A stretch of DNA of 64,000 nt from Octopus sinensis (lineage: Eukaryota), in assembly GCF_006345805.1 (NCBI RefSeq), contig NC_043014.1, positions 16,802,001-16,866,000 on the forward strand, read 5' to 3'. Of the stretch, positions 49,781-63,800 are shown piece by piece. Below the pieces are notes generated by a model, which was not told the origin of the DNA, searched no databases, and saw only the letters and a program-made list of their open reading frames with translations. Position 1 is the first letter of the stretch, and each line of letters opens with the position of its first letter. Both the position numbers and the translations under genes were made by a program.

Positions 49781-49832
49781 GTCTTATAGCTGTTTCCAGG
49801 ATATTTATTAATTATATCCCTTCATCGGAGAC
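49781..49832 (-). ncRNA. Degenerate minimal type I hammerhead-ribozyme-like motif in a Penelope-like remnant
   Basis: gtct CCGATGA ag GGATAT..ATATCC tg GAAAC agct aTA agac: helix I gtct/agac, 6-bp helix II; two substitutions versus CTGATGA and GTA. Confidence 0.55.
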
Positions 49833-50008
49833 GGTGTGAGAGGATGATTAAGTCATACTTAGTTTAGATAGGATACAAAACAGAGAGTAAGGTGGAGGAA
49901 AGAAAACAGATGCAAGATATGTATGGATATTGAAGTTGTAGATCCAATTTTTTGGCAGAATGGTATATATGTAAGATTCCATGTAGAATAGTGAGGATGT
50001 AGAACGCA

Positions 50009-50049
<41 letters not shown>

Positions 50050-50569
50050 TGTATATATATATATATACACACGCACATATATGTATATTGTTTTCTACAC
50101 CCACACTATTCTACATACATGCTTTTCTATAAACATTATTCCCTGTATACCTAGACCGCTGTCGGTTCGACGACGAGAGTTTCATTGATCCGATCAACGG
50201 AACACCATGCTCGTGAAATTAACGTGCAAGTGGCTGAGTACTCCACAGACACGTGTGCCCTTATTCAGCATGAAACAGAACGTAACAAGGGTGGCCATTT
50301 GAATTACACGTACTACTACTCATTTTTGCCAGCTGAGTGAACTGGAGCAACGTGGAATTAAGTATCTTGCTCAAGGATGCAACGCTCCGACGTGAATCGA
50401 TCTCACGACCTTACGTTCTTGAACCAAATACCCTAATCATTAAGTTACGTTTTCTGTATACAGTCTGGTTTGTAAGCATACTGCACTCTGCATGACGATG
50501 ATGATGACGATGGCGACGACTATGACCACGACCACCACGACGACTATTAAACTTCTACGATTATACTCT

Positions 50570-51116
50570 TTTTCTACTCTAGGCAAAAGGCCCGAAATTT
50601 TTGTACGCAACTGGTTTTTAATTTATCGAACCCGAAAGAATGACAGGTAACGTCAACCTCGGCGGAATTTGAACTCAGAGCGTAGTGGCAGACGAAATAC
50701 CTATTTCTTTACTACCCACAAGGGGCTACACACAGAGGGGACAAACAAGGACAGACAAAGGGATTAAGTCGATTACATCGACCCCAGTGCGTAACTGGTA
50801 CTTATTTAATCGACCCCAAAAGGAAAGGCAAAGTCGACCTTGGCGGAATTTGAACTCAGAACGTAGCAGCAGACGAAATACATATTTCTTTACTACCCAC
50901 AAGGGGCTAAACATAGAGTAATTACCAGTTACGCACTGGGTCGATATAATCGACTTAATCCGTTTGTCTGTCCATGTTTGTCCTCTCTGTGTTTAGCCCG
51001 TTGTGGGTAGTAAAGAAATAGGTATTTCGTCTGCCGTTACGTTCTGAGTTCAAATTCCGCCGAGGTTGACTTTGCCTTTCATCCTTCCGGGGTCGATTAA
51101 ATAAGTACCAGTTACA
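50570..51116. repeat. Head-to-tail multimers of a 5'-truncated family B SINE (181-bp period) with an internal inversion
   Basis: Same junction aaagaaata(g/t)|gtatttcgtc at about 50700 and 50881 (minus) and 51020 (plus); strand switch near 50920. Confidence 0.85.
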
Positions 51117-53008
51117 TTTTCTGTGACATTGTAGCAAACCGACCATCCAAATACTCATTTTGTACAAATTCTTCCATTTACGAAACCGTTTTGTCGTACA
51201 CTTTCCCAGTTCTTCAACTCACGACTCTAAAAACTTTTCTACACAAATCTCTAATTTTGTCCTGATTGACTTGTGCCATTTACTTTTTACTCAAAGCCCT
51301 GAATATACCATATATTCACACATTAAGGTTGTTATACAAATCATCCCCAGCTATTGCTCACAAGCATCCATAAATAAGTGTCGTGTAACATACCTTCGCT
51401 AATTGTTTTAGCGAAGCAGAGAGACAAACTCTTAGTCTCCAGTCTTTTTGACTTTGCAAAACACCCAAGACAGTAGTTCTCAACCATTTTTTGCCCTTTG
51501 ATCCCTATTTTATGCAGACGAACCCACATAAATGTTCAATGCTTAAAAGATCCTATTATATTTTTATTATTAAATATTATTAAGAAATTATATTTAAAAA
51601 AAACTGTTAGAATATTTTGTTATTATTTTATTTGTTTGTTATTTGACTGCAGTCTTGTTAGAGTATAACACATTTATGGCAGATAAATTTTAGCAACAAA
51701 ATCTTATGTGGACCCCAAGGTTCATATGAGAGCCCTCTCTCCCTGGTGGGAGAGATGGTTGCACCAGTTCATGGATAGTACTCACTTTCAGATGGCTACA
51801 CTGGAACAACGATATTATTAAGGCGGCGGGATGGCAGAAACGTTTGCACGCCGGGCGAAATGCGTAGCCGTATTTCGTCTGCCGCAACGTTCTGAGTCCA
51901 AATTCCGCCGACGTCGACTTTGCCTTTCAACCTTTCGGGGTTGATAAATTAAGTACCAGTTACACAATTGGGTCGATATACTTGACTTAATCCGTTTGTC
52001 TGTCCTTGTTTGTTCCCTCTGTGTTTAGCCCCTTGTGGGTAATAAAGAAACAGATATTATTAAGCGTCATGCCCAAAGAAACATCGTGCTACCCGCTCAT
52101 GGATTTGAACCCATGATTTATGCTTGTCAGTCCAACACCAAGCCTTCTCTCAATGTTGTTACGCACAACTACTATTACATTTGACTTATTTTAGTATCTA
52201 ATAACGTGGAGGTAGGATGTACGTTTGGAAGGGGAAAAAAAAGCGGATTAGACTTTACAAAACTTCTATTGGAAATCGAATGTCAAGAGACTGAAATGGA
52301 ATGCAGAAATTAGCCGGGTTATTCTGAAGAGAATCGTGTGACGTGAATGAAATGATAATAAACATGGATGGATAAAAGACTCTCGGTACTGAGTCAGACA
52401 AGAGTTCAACTCTCACTTTAAGAAACTTGCCAGATGACAGATTGATATAAAACCAGTGTGCACAAGTATAGAGAAAGTCTTATATAGACATACAGTAAAG
52501 GGTATATAAAAATACAATAGTAACCGTGTAATAAAGACTGGCTATTTGATGCAAAGGAAAGAGAAGTAAAATTATTTATGGGAAAGAAAGCGATGAGGCG
52601 AAAAATTTAAAGTGTGAAAAAAAAAAAAAAAATTGGGTGGTTGATGAAAATAGAGAGAACTTTGTGGAATATAGAAAGCAGAATAATGGTAAAAAAAAAG
52701 AGCAAAACCGAAATACAATGAATATCTTTATAACGCTTCCTATTTTCAACCTATATAATTAAATTGTATTAGGTTGTGTGTTACTGAAGAATAAAAAAAT
52801 GTGGAAAAAACATTCACACATACAACCATATGAACATTATAGACGCGAGTGTATGCATGTGTATGTGTGTGTGTTGTGTATAAAATTATACATTGCTGTA
52901 GATTTAGAAAGACATAAAGACATGCATAAATAGTTACATCAATATACATATACATACATACATACATATATATATATATATATTATGTATGTATTGATAT
53001 GTAAAAAA

Positions 53009-53061
<53 letters not shown>

Positions 53062-53204
53062 ATATAGATAGATATATATAGATATATGCATATACAAATA
53101 CATAGCTCTCTCTCTCTATCTATATATATATATAAAGATAGTTAGATAGATTGATTGATTGAAAGATTGATAGATGGTTACATACATCCATACATACAAT
53201 CAGA

Positions 53205-53251
53205 CATACGGATAGATAGATAGATAGATAAAAAGATAGATAGATAGATAA

Positions 53252-53350
<99 letters not shown>
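53205..53350. repeat. (GATA)n microsatellite
   Basis: Direct inspection. Confidence 0.95.
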
Positions 53351-53902
53351 TGGTTAGACGTGGATTTGTGAAGGAGTAAGATTGGGCTGTTTTGTAGCAA
53401 AATTGGACTCTTCCACTCGAAATTGCTGATGGTGTGGGAATAGAGGATTTTATTTTTCAGCCAAGAATCGCGTACATATTGTGTCTAGCATTGCATAGGT
53501 AAAGACTTTTTCTCCCAATATATTTGAAATGTTCTTGCCAAGCACTCAAACTAAATCAGTCAGCTGTTTATGATAGCTCCTATAATTACAATTTTCTTAC
53601 GTATTGCATGTTATTGACGTTTATTTTTCGTTGTATTTATTATATTTTCTGAGCCGTTACCATTACAGTTTCCAGTTTAAAATCTAGCTGGCAATGGCTT
53701 CGCTATTCATTCTTTCGATATCAACTGAGTGTACAGAATAACTAACTTAAGTATGAGATTTTTCTGGTCAGAATGTACATACACACACGCGCGCGCGCGC
53801 GCGCGCACACACATACATAAATACATACATACATACATACATACATGATGGCTGCCCCCACCCCCTCGTTATCGAGTATGGCCATTGCACGAAGCTTAAC
53901 TG

Positions 53903-54055
53903 TTATTGGTGCTGTGATCGAATTTGACTTTTTAGCTCAGCTAAAGATCTACAATGTCTTGTACAGAATTGGCAACTAAAACCTTTACCGGTAATAGCCG
54001 GTTGTGGTTGTAACTGGGCTTCATGTACCTTTGCATGTCGTTTAAGTCCTCTTGC
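53903..54055 (-). mobile_element. RTE-type LINE C-terminal zinc-finger remnant
   Basis: KRHAKVHE..FSCQFCTRHCRSLAELKSQIRSQH resembles the RTE ORF2 terminal CxxC..SxxGLxSH motif. Confidence 0.6.
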
Positions 54056-54060
54056 TGAAT

Positions 54061-54215
54061 TACACATACATACATACATACATACATACATGCATGCATG
54101 CATGCATGCATGCATACATACATACATACATACATACATACATACACATACATACATACATGCATACATACATACATACATACATACATACATACATACA
54201 TACATACATACATAC
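54061..54215. repeat. (CATA)n/(CATG)n microsatellite
   Basis: Direct inspection. Confidence 0.95.
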
Positions 54216-54603
54216 AATCGAAGCGGCGATTTTACTTGAGAGAGTTCTCGGTATCGTGCACGAGTGCGCCAAGTTATGCGGCCGGTTGATTGCCGGGGAG
54301 TGAGTCAGAGTACGACGAAGATCTCGAGTGTGTGTGTCCGTGTGTTATCGACGAGGCACGAAGCGGCGTGTTCTGTGCCGAGTTCTCGGTATCGAGCACG
54401 AGTGCGGCCGGTATATTACCATGTAGGCAATCATCGAAATTTTTGTTCTTCTTATGGTTGAGAGAGGCTCCTTATCTTTCCTGATGAGAAGATTGCATAA
54501 TGCACCCTTTATTCCTTCGGAATAAAAATATGCCGTCTTCGAAACATATGTCGAGAGTAATGGAATTTTGTTAACATCTTCGTTCGACTCCATTCTTTCA
54601 TTC

Positions 54604-54634
<31 letters not shown>

Positions 54635-55813
54635 ATAATAATAATATTAGGGAATAATCCAAACTTACAGGGAAAAATTAGATTTAGGATTAAATCCAAT
54701 TCTATAGTATAAATATATTATATTATAATAAATTAGAGATAAAACCACTATTAGGCAAATCAAACAGTGAAAAACATAAGCCAATACATAAAATTAATTT
54801 AAAAGTATAAAAGTTAAAATAAAAAATTATTTAGATAATTTAAACTTAGTAGAAGACACTTGCCCAAGGTGCCACGCAGTGGGACTACAATTATTTATGC
54901 AAGTATGTGTGTATGTGTATGGATACACAAGCGTACGTGCATGTGCATAGCACATACACATTGCATGTGTGTGTGTTTGCCGTACACACACACCGTATTA
55001 AAAATTCAGAATCCTTTTAAAGCTGTATTCAAAGGACAGTGTTCATAAAGCGTTTACTATGAACACTTACCAGATGCAAATAATTACTTTATTTGTTCGT
55101 TATTCTTGATTGATTAGGCCAAGGGTCGCCAAACTTCTTCTACAGTGATCCCCTTTAGCCACTTCTTCTTCCGTATCGATCCACTTAAACCACTTCTCCT
55201 TCTGCATCGACCACCCTCCTCATTTAAAAATACCTTAATACCATATCTTTCTGTACCATATCTTAAATGCGTACCGAGTACTGATGCTGGCAATTAAAAT
55301 ATTAGCTGTACGAGTATACAGTATTAAACTTTCAATTTTTATGAAATTGTTTTCACTGTTAGAAAATGTGAAAAACACATCATATTGCTGGAAGATCTTG
55401 CATTGAAATTGACAACGTCAATGTGAGGGATGAGAATGGCAAAGTCAATGTAAGGTATGAGCAAATGCTTGGTGATCAGGCTCGATCGATGGAGCCCTAT
55501 GTAGTATAATATTATGGATATCACTTTCGTTTAAGTCAATGATCACGAACCAATCAAGTCTGTACGCCACATGACTGTAATTTTTAATTTTTCTTTCAAA
55601 GTAGAACCTTAATATATTTAGAAATTTTCCATTATCGTTTAACTGATATTAATTTATTCTAAGACAGGCATGAACAACCCTTCTCAAGAAGCAGGTCGCA
55701 TGAGACATGACTCGTCATTAGGCGGTCAACACGGCAAAAAAAAAAAAATTCAACGTAATTTTTTGTTAGGCCGTGCCATTCGAAAAGTCTTGAAGGTCGC
55801 AGTTTAACCATGA

Positions 55814-56880
55814 CTATTCTAAGGCTCTGTTTCTCATCCTCATCTCTGACATAGATGAAGATACAACCAGCAACGTCTCATCCTTTGCTGATGACACCAG
55901 GGTCATGAGACAAATCAAAGACGAGGTGGATACAGAGGCCTTACAAAAGGACCTGACCACCATATATAAATGGCAGGAAACAAACAACATGTTGTTCAAT
56001 GATAAGAAGTTTGAACTAATTCGCTACGGAACAGATCAAGATCTGAAAAATACAACAAACTACAGAAACCCATCAGGGCAACAAATAATGGAAAAACAGT
56101 ATGTGAAATATTTAGGCATCCACATGGGAACCAGCCTAAAATTCAGAGAACACCTTGACTCAGTCTGTCTTACTGCAAGAAAGTACAGCGGGTGGATCTT
56201 GCGCACCTTCAAATCAAGAGATACCTCAACAATGAAAACCCTCTGGAACAGTATGATACTTCCGAGGATTGACTACTGTTCTCAGTTGTGGTCACCAACA
56301 CAAAGGGCCAACTATCTAAGATGGAATCGCTCCAAAGAAATTTTACCTCATACTTCTCAGAAACGAGGGTCCTGGACTATTGGCAAAGACTCAAAACCTT
56401 GAAGAAGATGTACTCAATAGAAAGAAGATTTGAGCGATACCGAATTATATACATTGGAAAATGATAGAGCAAAAGGTGCCAAACTTTGGTATCAAAACCT
56501 ACCACTCACTGCGCCACGGAAGACGCTGCCAGCTACCACCAATCAACAAAAAGGCTGGCCAGGCAGCAAAAACCCTGCGAGAATCAAGTCTGTTGGTTCG
56601 AGGAGCACAACTATTCAACTCCATTCCGGTACATGTCAGAAATCTATCAGGATGCAGTGTGGAATCATTCAAATTGCAGCTGGATAGATACTTAAGCACC
56701 ATTAGAGATGAACCCCATCTCCCAGGATATACACAACGAGCACAAACTGACTCAAACTCGCTCCTACACGTGTCAAAATTAAACAGAGAATACAACCTGG
56801 CAACCACACCAGACTCTGAGGGTGGAGTCTTCGACTTGGCCTGAGCATGGACTCAAACTCAAATGAAATGAAATGAAATC
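55814..56880 (+). mobile_element. 5'-truncated CR1/L2-group LINE (RT C-terminal half to 3' tail)
   Basis: LFLILISDID..SSFADDTRV..LQKDLTTIYKW..YLGIHM..PRIDYCSQLWSP; one frameshift near 56320; (TGAAA)n tail at about 56862-56880. Confidence 0.9.
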
Positions 56881-57877
56881 TGAACCCGGGGAGTTTTCCC
56901 TTGAACATCCATGAGGAATGGGCTAGTTTTTTTTCTTTTAGCCTTTTTATGGAAGACCAGTTGTTATTAATACAGTACACGCCAATCCACTCTGTTGCAG
57001 GCATTCAAGAAAGGCAACTCTGGATGTTCTTGCACTACTTTCTACTAGAGCAACCAATGAGCTGTGGTTTCTTTCTGTTCTATGTACCACCAACTCTGGA
57101 GGCCGTCTATGAGCATTGCCATTTCAGCTCTGATTAAGCTATAAATTTTTATGGTTTAATTTTTCTTTTGTTCCATCCGCTCACTTAACCATCTTAAGCG
57201 GAGCTGATACACATTGAAAAATATAGTTATTGGCATGCCTTTGCAGTGAGAGCAACGGATGAATGGACATAATTTGAACGTCTTTGATCTTGGATCAACT
57301 CTGCATAATCAGAACTGACCTGTTGCTTTATAACAACATCAACCAACCATAACGGTCATTTGATTCCGGTGCTTATGTCAGTAGCAGACATAGATACCCG
57401 TTTCCACCCTCCTACTCTTCACCCTGTGGAAAATCGAGGCTGAAAGAGATGGCTGTATTAGCAATCGGAGATGAGACTTAATTTCAGGAGAGAAGACTGG
57501 AACAACGAGAAATACGTCTTACTCAATGACACAACGCACCACCTGGTTCAGTATTCGAACCCACAACCTCATGATCGTGAGCCCAACACTTGAACCACTT
57601 CGCCATCTAACTTCACTTATAGTAACCTTTCTACTATAGGTACAAAGCCTGAGATTTTGGGGAAATGGTTCATCTATTACGTCGACCCCAGTGGTGTCAA
57701 AGGGATGAAAAACAAAGTCGATTTCGGAGGAATTTAAACTCAGAACACAAAGACAGAAGGAATGCCGCTAAGCATATTGTCCAACGTGCTAACGATTCAG
57801 CCAGCTTATCTTAATTTATAATAACAACAGCAATAATTTCTGGCGTTTTTTATCATGTGTTTGGAAATATTAACGCG

Positions 57878-58097
57878 TACGAGGGGGTGATGAAAAGTTT
57901 CTGGCTTTCAGGAAAAGAAAATACAGGAGGATCAGTTAGTTATGGTTTTATCCAACATATTCCCCTCTAAGACTCACACGCTTATTACGGCGGTACTTCA
58001 GTTTTTCTAAGCCCTGTAAAAGAACTCCGAAGGTTGGGCCTCCAACCAGGCCTTTTATGATACCCTTAAAGCTAGGGACTTTTCAGCACCCCTTGTA
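57878..58097. mobile_element. Mariner-derived MITE
   Basis: ta-cgagggggtgatgaaaagtttctggcttt .. aaagctagggactttcagcaccccttg-ta imperfect TIRs with TA ends. Confidence 0.85.
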
Positions 58098-58679
58098 CGT
58101 CTTTAACGAGTTCTTACAATTTCAGTTGAATCAGAAAAAGAACATGTCTCAGACAGTCAGTGATCCAATATTCTCAGTGCGCCAAGTAAATCTGATACAA
58201 TGCACAGCATATTGCAGTAGTCTTTGCTACTACCAGTCTTATATTATAGCCAGAGACGGTTTGTTTATTGGATGGAGTAAATAAATTTTGTTACCATGGC
58301 AACTTCACAACACTTTGTAAAATGTAGCAAAGAATGTAATGGTTAATTTAGAGGTATGTTGTAGATGGCTGGTAAAACGCGCGCGCATGTAGATATGTAG
58401 TGTGTGTGTTTGTGTGTGTTTGACGTGATGATTGCAGATGATGAGGGTTCTTGATTCAGAGGCTGCCATCTACATTTTCTGTCTAAAATGTTTTTACACC
58501 CTAGCATTCACCTGCTTTTACTTATAGCTTCACTTGCTTCCAGATTCTCTGTTACAGATACAAATCTCTCTTTGTGTGTGTGTGTGTGTGTGTATAGGCC
58601 AGTGAATTGAGTATTTTTAACATAGATGGTGTGATCTGTGGTCTTCTCAGATGTTTCATTAGTTGTAATATTATTGAAG

Positions 58680-58925
58680 TGGAGGCGCGTGGCTTAGTGG
58701 TTAGCATGTCAGCATCGTGATCGTAAGATTGTGGTTTCGATTCCGGGACCGGGCGACGCGTTGTGTTCTTGAGCAAAACACCTCATTTCACGTTGCTCCA
58801 GTCCACTCAGCTGGCAAAAATGAGTAACGTTGCGATGGACTGGCGTCCCGTCCAGCTGGGGATCACATACGCCATTGAAACCGGCAAACCGGGCCCATGA
58901 GACTGGCTAGGCTTTAAAAGGGCGC
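58680..58925 (+). mobile_element. tRNA-derived SINE with V-domain-like segment (family D)
   Basis: ggcgcgtggcttagtggttag / ggtttcgattcc boxes; gcgatggactggcgtcccgtccag motif. Confidence 0.7.
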
Positions 58926-59387
58926 ATTTATGGATTTTTTAATATTACTCAAGCGAATTTAAGAAGTCGTAACTCTGAATATTGTTATGTTACTTAAGAA
59001 AAATACAAACTCATGGGAACGAGTATTGTACTCCTAATGTATGTTTTAATACATACATACATACTTACATATATATCCTTTTGCTGATGTTGAAATTACA
59101 ATGAAGGAGCCTTAGATCTAGGTTAGAAACTGGCTCTTTCTCTGCTAGCGAGACATTTTGAAATAAAACTGAATAATTGCATGCAATACATGCAGTGTGT
59201 CCGTTAAGTCATGGTGACATTTCAAAAGTATTTACTGATGCAACTTACAACACTGCATATTTGTTGCAAGATACATCAATAAATACTTTTGAGATTCCCA
59301 CATTGATTTTACGGACGCTGTGTGTGTGTGTCTCTCTATATATATATTTATACACATATATATATATGTAGAGAGAGAAGAGACATA

Positions 59388-59744
59388 TACTCTTTTACTT
59401 GTTTCAGTCATTTGACTGCGGCCATGCTGGAGCACCGGCTTTAGTCGAGCAAATCGACCCCGGAACTTATTCTTTGTAAGCCCAGTACTTATTCTATCGG
59501 TCTCTTATGCCGAACCGCTAAGTGACAGGGACGTAAACACACCAGCATCGGTTGTCAAGCAATATATATATACATATATACGACAGGCTTCTTTCAGTTT
59601 CCGTCTACCAAATCCACTGACAAGGCTTTGGTCGGCCCGAGGCTATAGCAGAAGACATTTACCCAAGGTGCCACGCAGTGGGACTGAACCCGGAACCATG
59701 TGGTTGGTTAGCAAGCTACTTACCACACAGCCCCTCCTGCGCCT
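59388..59744 (-). mobile_element. Family A SINE
   Basis: Near full-length, low divergence from other copies. Confidence 0.9.
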
Positions 59745-60325
59745 ATATATATATAGACAGACAGACAGATATATATATAGACAGACATACAGACAGATAT
59801 ATGCATATATATATAGAGAGAGAGACAGACACAGACAAACATGCATTCATATGCACATCATTGGCCATAGTCTGATGACTGAAACAAGTAAAAGATACGT
59901 ATATGCACACACATACATACATATCTATCTACATACGTACGTACCTCTCTATCTATCTATTTATAGTGGATTTAGTACATGCAAACAAGCCTGTTGCACT
60001 CACACATAAATATTTTCTTTATTTATGGATTTACAATGCTGCCATTGGTTTCATGCGAAAACATCGTAATTATCACGCGTTTAGCTGAAAATGATTTTAT
60101 TTCATCTCCATTTTAGATAAGACCACGTGAGGCACACGAAAGGACATCAAATGTTATTTGGTGGTAGGGAATGAAGTATACGATACACAAATAATAGGAG
60201 ACAACTCATGTAGGGACGTCTTTAATTGTTATTTCCCTTGCATTAGCCTTTATGTAAATGTTTGAACTTTCTCTACTTGCACAAACAACAGTTCAAATTG
60301 CAACATTTCTCTCTATATTGTCTAA

Positions 60326-61400
60326 GCATGCAGTTGCTAGTGGGTATCTACTACTGATGACGCTAAAGTAAGCAGAAATCTAGATTTAGCGATTCCACTG
60401 CTGCTGGACACTCTTCATCTTCTACTGAGCGTTTTAGTATTTTACATCTCTACGGGATGCTGTCTCCAGATGAATATTGCAGTTTTGTCGCTTTCTAAAG
60501 CATATCCACATTAAGTAGGGTATACAGAATGCTATTTTGAACGAATACTGCTTCTGTCATTAATAACGAATATATGTATAACTTAATGTGGATGTCTTGT
60601 TAGAACACCGAATACTGCGTTATTAGTCGTAGGAGAACCTCAGATACAGGCTCCACGTTAAGTTGGATATAAAGTTTGTCCTTTGGTACTAATACTGTTT
60701 CCGTCACTAATAATTAATATCTATCTATACATTTATCACGTGATCGACCAGACTATTGGATGTTGTTATACATCGCTGGTCACAACGCGCTTTGCATCGT
60801 TTTTAGCTCTCGAATGGCTAGGCGAGCAGGCCAACATTCCGCAGGGTTACCCATTTACAGATGAGTGAACTGGAGCAACGTGAAATGAAGTGTTTTGCTC
60901 AAGAACACAACGCGTCGCTCAGTCTGGGAATCGATCGTGAATGCAACTCCCTAACCACTAGGCCATGCGCCTTCACACACACACATATTTTTTCATATAT
61001 ATATTAGCAATCTGTATATCATACTTAAAGCAGACACATTGCTGTAAGCCTTCTAAACTGTGGTATTTGTCTTGAGAACGCATCTCATATAGACGTATAG
61101 TGTTAAAAATCACAGAAATCGTCCAGCTGTAGTGGTGGTGGTGGAGGCATTGTTAAATCTGGATTTCTGCTCCTTTGAGTTTCATCAGTTGTATCCACTG
61201 CAACATCAGTAACCTTTCAATCATTGTTTTACAGTATCAACCAGTGGCTGATTCTCACTTAGCATGCAGTGCTAGTGGATCTTTGCTACTGATGAAGTGC
61301 AAAAAATCAGAAATCCGGACTTAGCAGTATATTTGCTTTAAGTATGATATACAGATTGCTAATTTGAACTAATACTGCTTCCGTTGCTAATAAGTAGATA
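60326..61400. repeat. Three diverged copies of a repeat carrying a hammerhead-like core (60351-60390 +, 61150-61195 -, 61284-61326 +)
   Basis: Each has CTGATGA..AGAAA followed by a palindromic tc(t/c)(a/g)ga; 60326-60570 and 61261-61400 share flanking similarity. Confidence 0.7.
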
Positions 61401-62808
61401 AATGGAAATTGCAGGGAAGCCCCTGAGGTAGATGGTATCGAAGATATGGTTTCTCCTCCCCTTCCTTCATCAACCTCAGAGGCCCTGTGAAGGTCATGGG
61501 GGGAAACACTTCCTCACCCACTGAAAAAATGAATATTTAAAAAAATAAATGGGGTAAGAAACATCTTAAATGAAACTGTTCACTTTCAGGTGGATGTCTG
61601 AGTTTAATGTAGAATGTGTTGTTGTTCAAACATCTCAGCCATTACACAGAGCTTTTTATCAGAACCGGGAGCTGAGATGATTGAGGACGATCTGGACAGA
61701 GATTAAAACTGAAAACTGAAACAATTTCTTCAGACACTTAAGAGGAATTGAACTCACCATGACAAGGTAATGAACCCCAAGACAACAATTCTACTCAACT
61801 GGATTGATGTTATTACAAAATAACAAGTCACTGTCAGTTTCTTCTTTCTGTTCTGCAGTGAAATATAGATGTGTTTAGAGAGTTTTTTTTCTTACATCAA
61901 GTTCTGGGTGTGGAATTGTTAGTTGTTGCTGATTGGTTGGAAGGGTGCAGGATATAGGCATCCATACTGGTGGTGTGATTTGATTGGTTAACAAAATAAT
62001 TGAATTAAAGTAAATTAATGTAATCAGCCATTTGTTAGTTTGTGAGAAAGGGAGGTGGTCAGCTGATTAATTTAGCAATTGATGTGTAATTAGTTGCTAA
62101 TAAGAAGTGTGTAGCAGAATGATTTGATTGGTGAAGGAACTGTGGAGTCATTCATTGGTTTGTCATGAGTGGTAAAACTGAATGCGATGATACATGGCTA
62201 GGAATGTATACAGGGAGAGAGTGGAATATATATTGAGAGACATAAACGGAGTGGGGTGTGGCTTAGACTGAAAATTTATTTAGTTTTAAATGATTTATTT
62301 CTGCAAGAGGGGTGGGGTGGGGGAGAGTTAAAGAGACACACACAACACTTGCAGATATACAAAGAGAAATAGACACATACACATACACACACACTAATTA
62401 ATTATTGCTCATCTAATGATGTAAACAATCACATTTTAAATTAACATTACAACACCCACCTCCATGCCCACCACCACAACAACGACATCACTGATAATTA
62501 AGTCTAAGGTGAAAATTGCATGTAAAATGTGTGGAAGGTTACAGCTGGGACATTGTGGACTGTAGAGTTGCAGGATCCAAGGTAACCTAGGGTTAAACAA
62601 CAACAACAACAGTTTATATCAATAAAAACAAACACAAATGTTTCATTTTAAAAGTTTTTAGTTAAAATAATATAAAAGAAAAACAGTTTCAAAATTGATA
62701 AATGAAGGTGTAAACACAGACTTACTTTATATATTACATATACACACATATATATACACACACACATACATATATGTATATATATATATCTAATTGTTTA
62801 TATATGTG

Positions 62809-62865
<57 letters not shown>

Positions 62866-63444
62866 TTATATATAAATATATATATATATATATTGACATA
62901 TATGGATATTTTACATAATGTATATACACATTTATATATATAAATTACATAAAAACAAACTTTTTTACATAAATTTTTCCACCTGAAAAAGCTGTAAATC
63001 AACAATAATTTTATAGGAAAGGATTTTTCTCTTTTAAATATATCTTTCAAATATCATACATATATATGTCCTGTCGAAAGACCCTTGTCCTACGTCCTGG
63101 TTTTGTTTTGTTTTTTATCCTTACCGTTATTCTTTTTACGTTTTTGTATTCTTATTCATGCTTTCCTTATTGTTTTCATGTATTCTGTATTTTTATTAGT
63201 GTACATCGTTCGTTTTCCGTCCTTGTGTTGTATACATTCGAAACTTTCTTCCAAGGGATCTAATGCGCTTGGCTTAGATTTCCCTTGGGGGCTGCCCAGA
63301 TCGGAGCAATCTCAAGATTAATCAGCCGAAATTGCGAAGATGATCTGGTTCTTGACTGATGACTGAGGGCTTCGAATGTCCCGTCCTGTGGTTCTTGTGT
63401 CGTCTCCTTGGTGTTTCACGTTCTTGTCCCAGTTTGTATTTATT

Positions 63445-63450
63445 TTTTAC

Positions 63451-63482
<32 letters not shown>

Positions 63483-63589
63483 TCTGTAAGGGTGTGTGTG
63501 TGTGTGCATGCATATGTGTATATGTATAGATGTGTATATTTATATATATGTCTGTGTGTGTGTCTCAGTGCAGGTGTGTGTGTGTGTAA

Positions 63590-63640
<51 letters not shown>

Positions 63641-63709
63641 AATATACATATATATATACATATATATATATATACATATATATATATACATATATATACT
63701 ATATATATA

Positions 63710-63768
<59 letters not shown>

Positions 63769-63800
63769 TACACATATATATACACATATCTGTATATATA
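63445..63800. repeat. (TA)n/(TG)n microsatellite block
   Basis: Direct inspection; similar tract at 62810-62900. Confidence 0.95.

Noticed and set aside
63060-63440. Possible hammerhead near actgatgactgagg
   Set aside because: No pairing helix II or correctly placed GAAA; probably an unclassified repeat remnant
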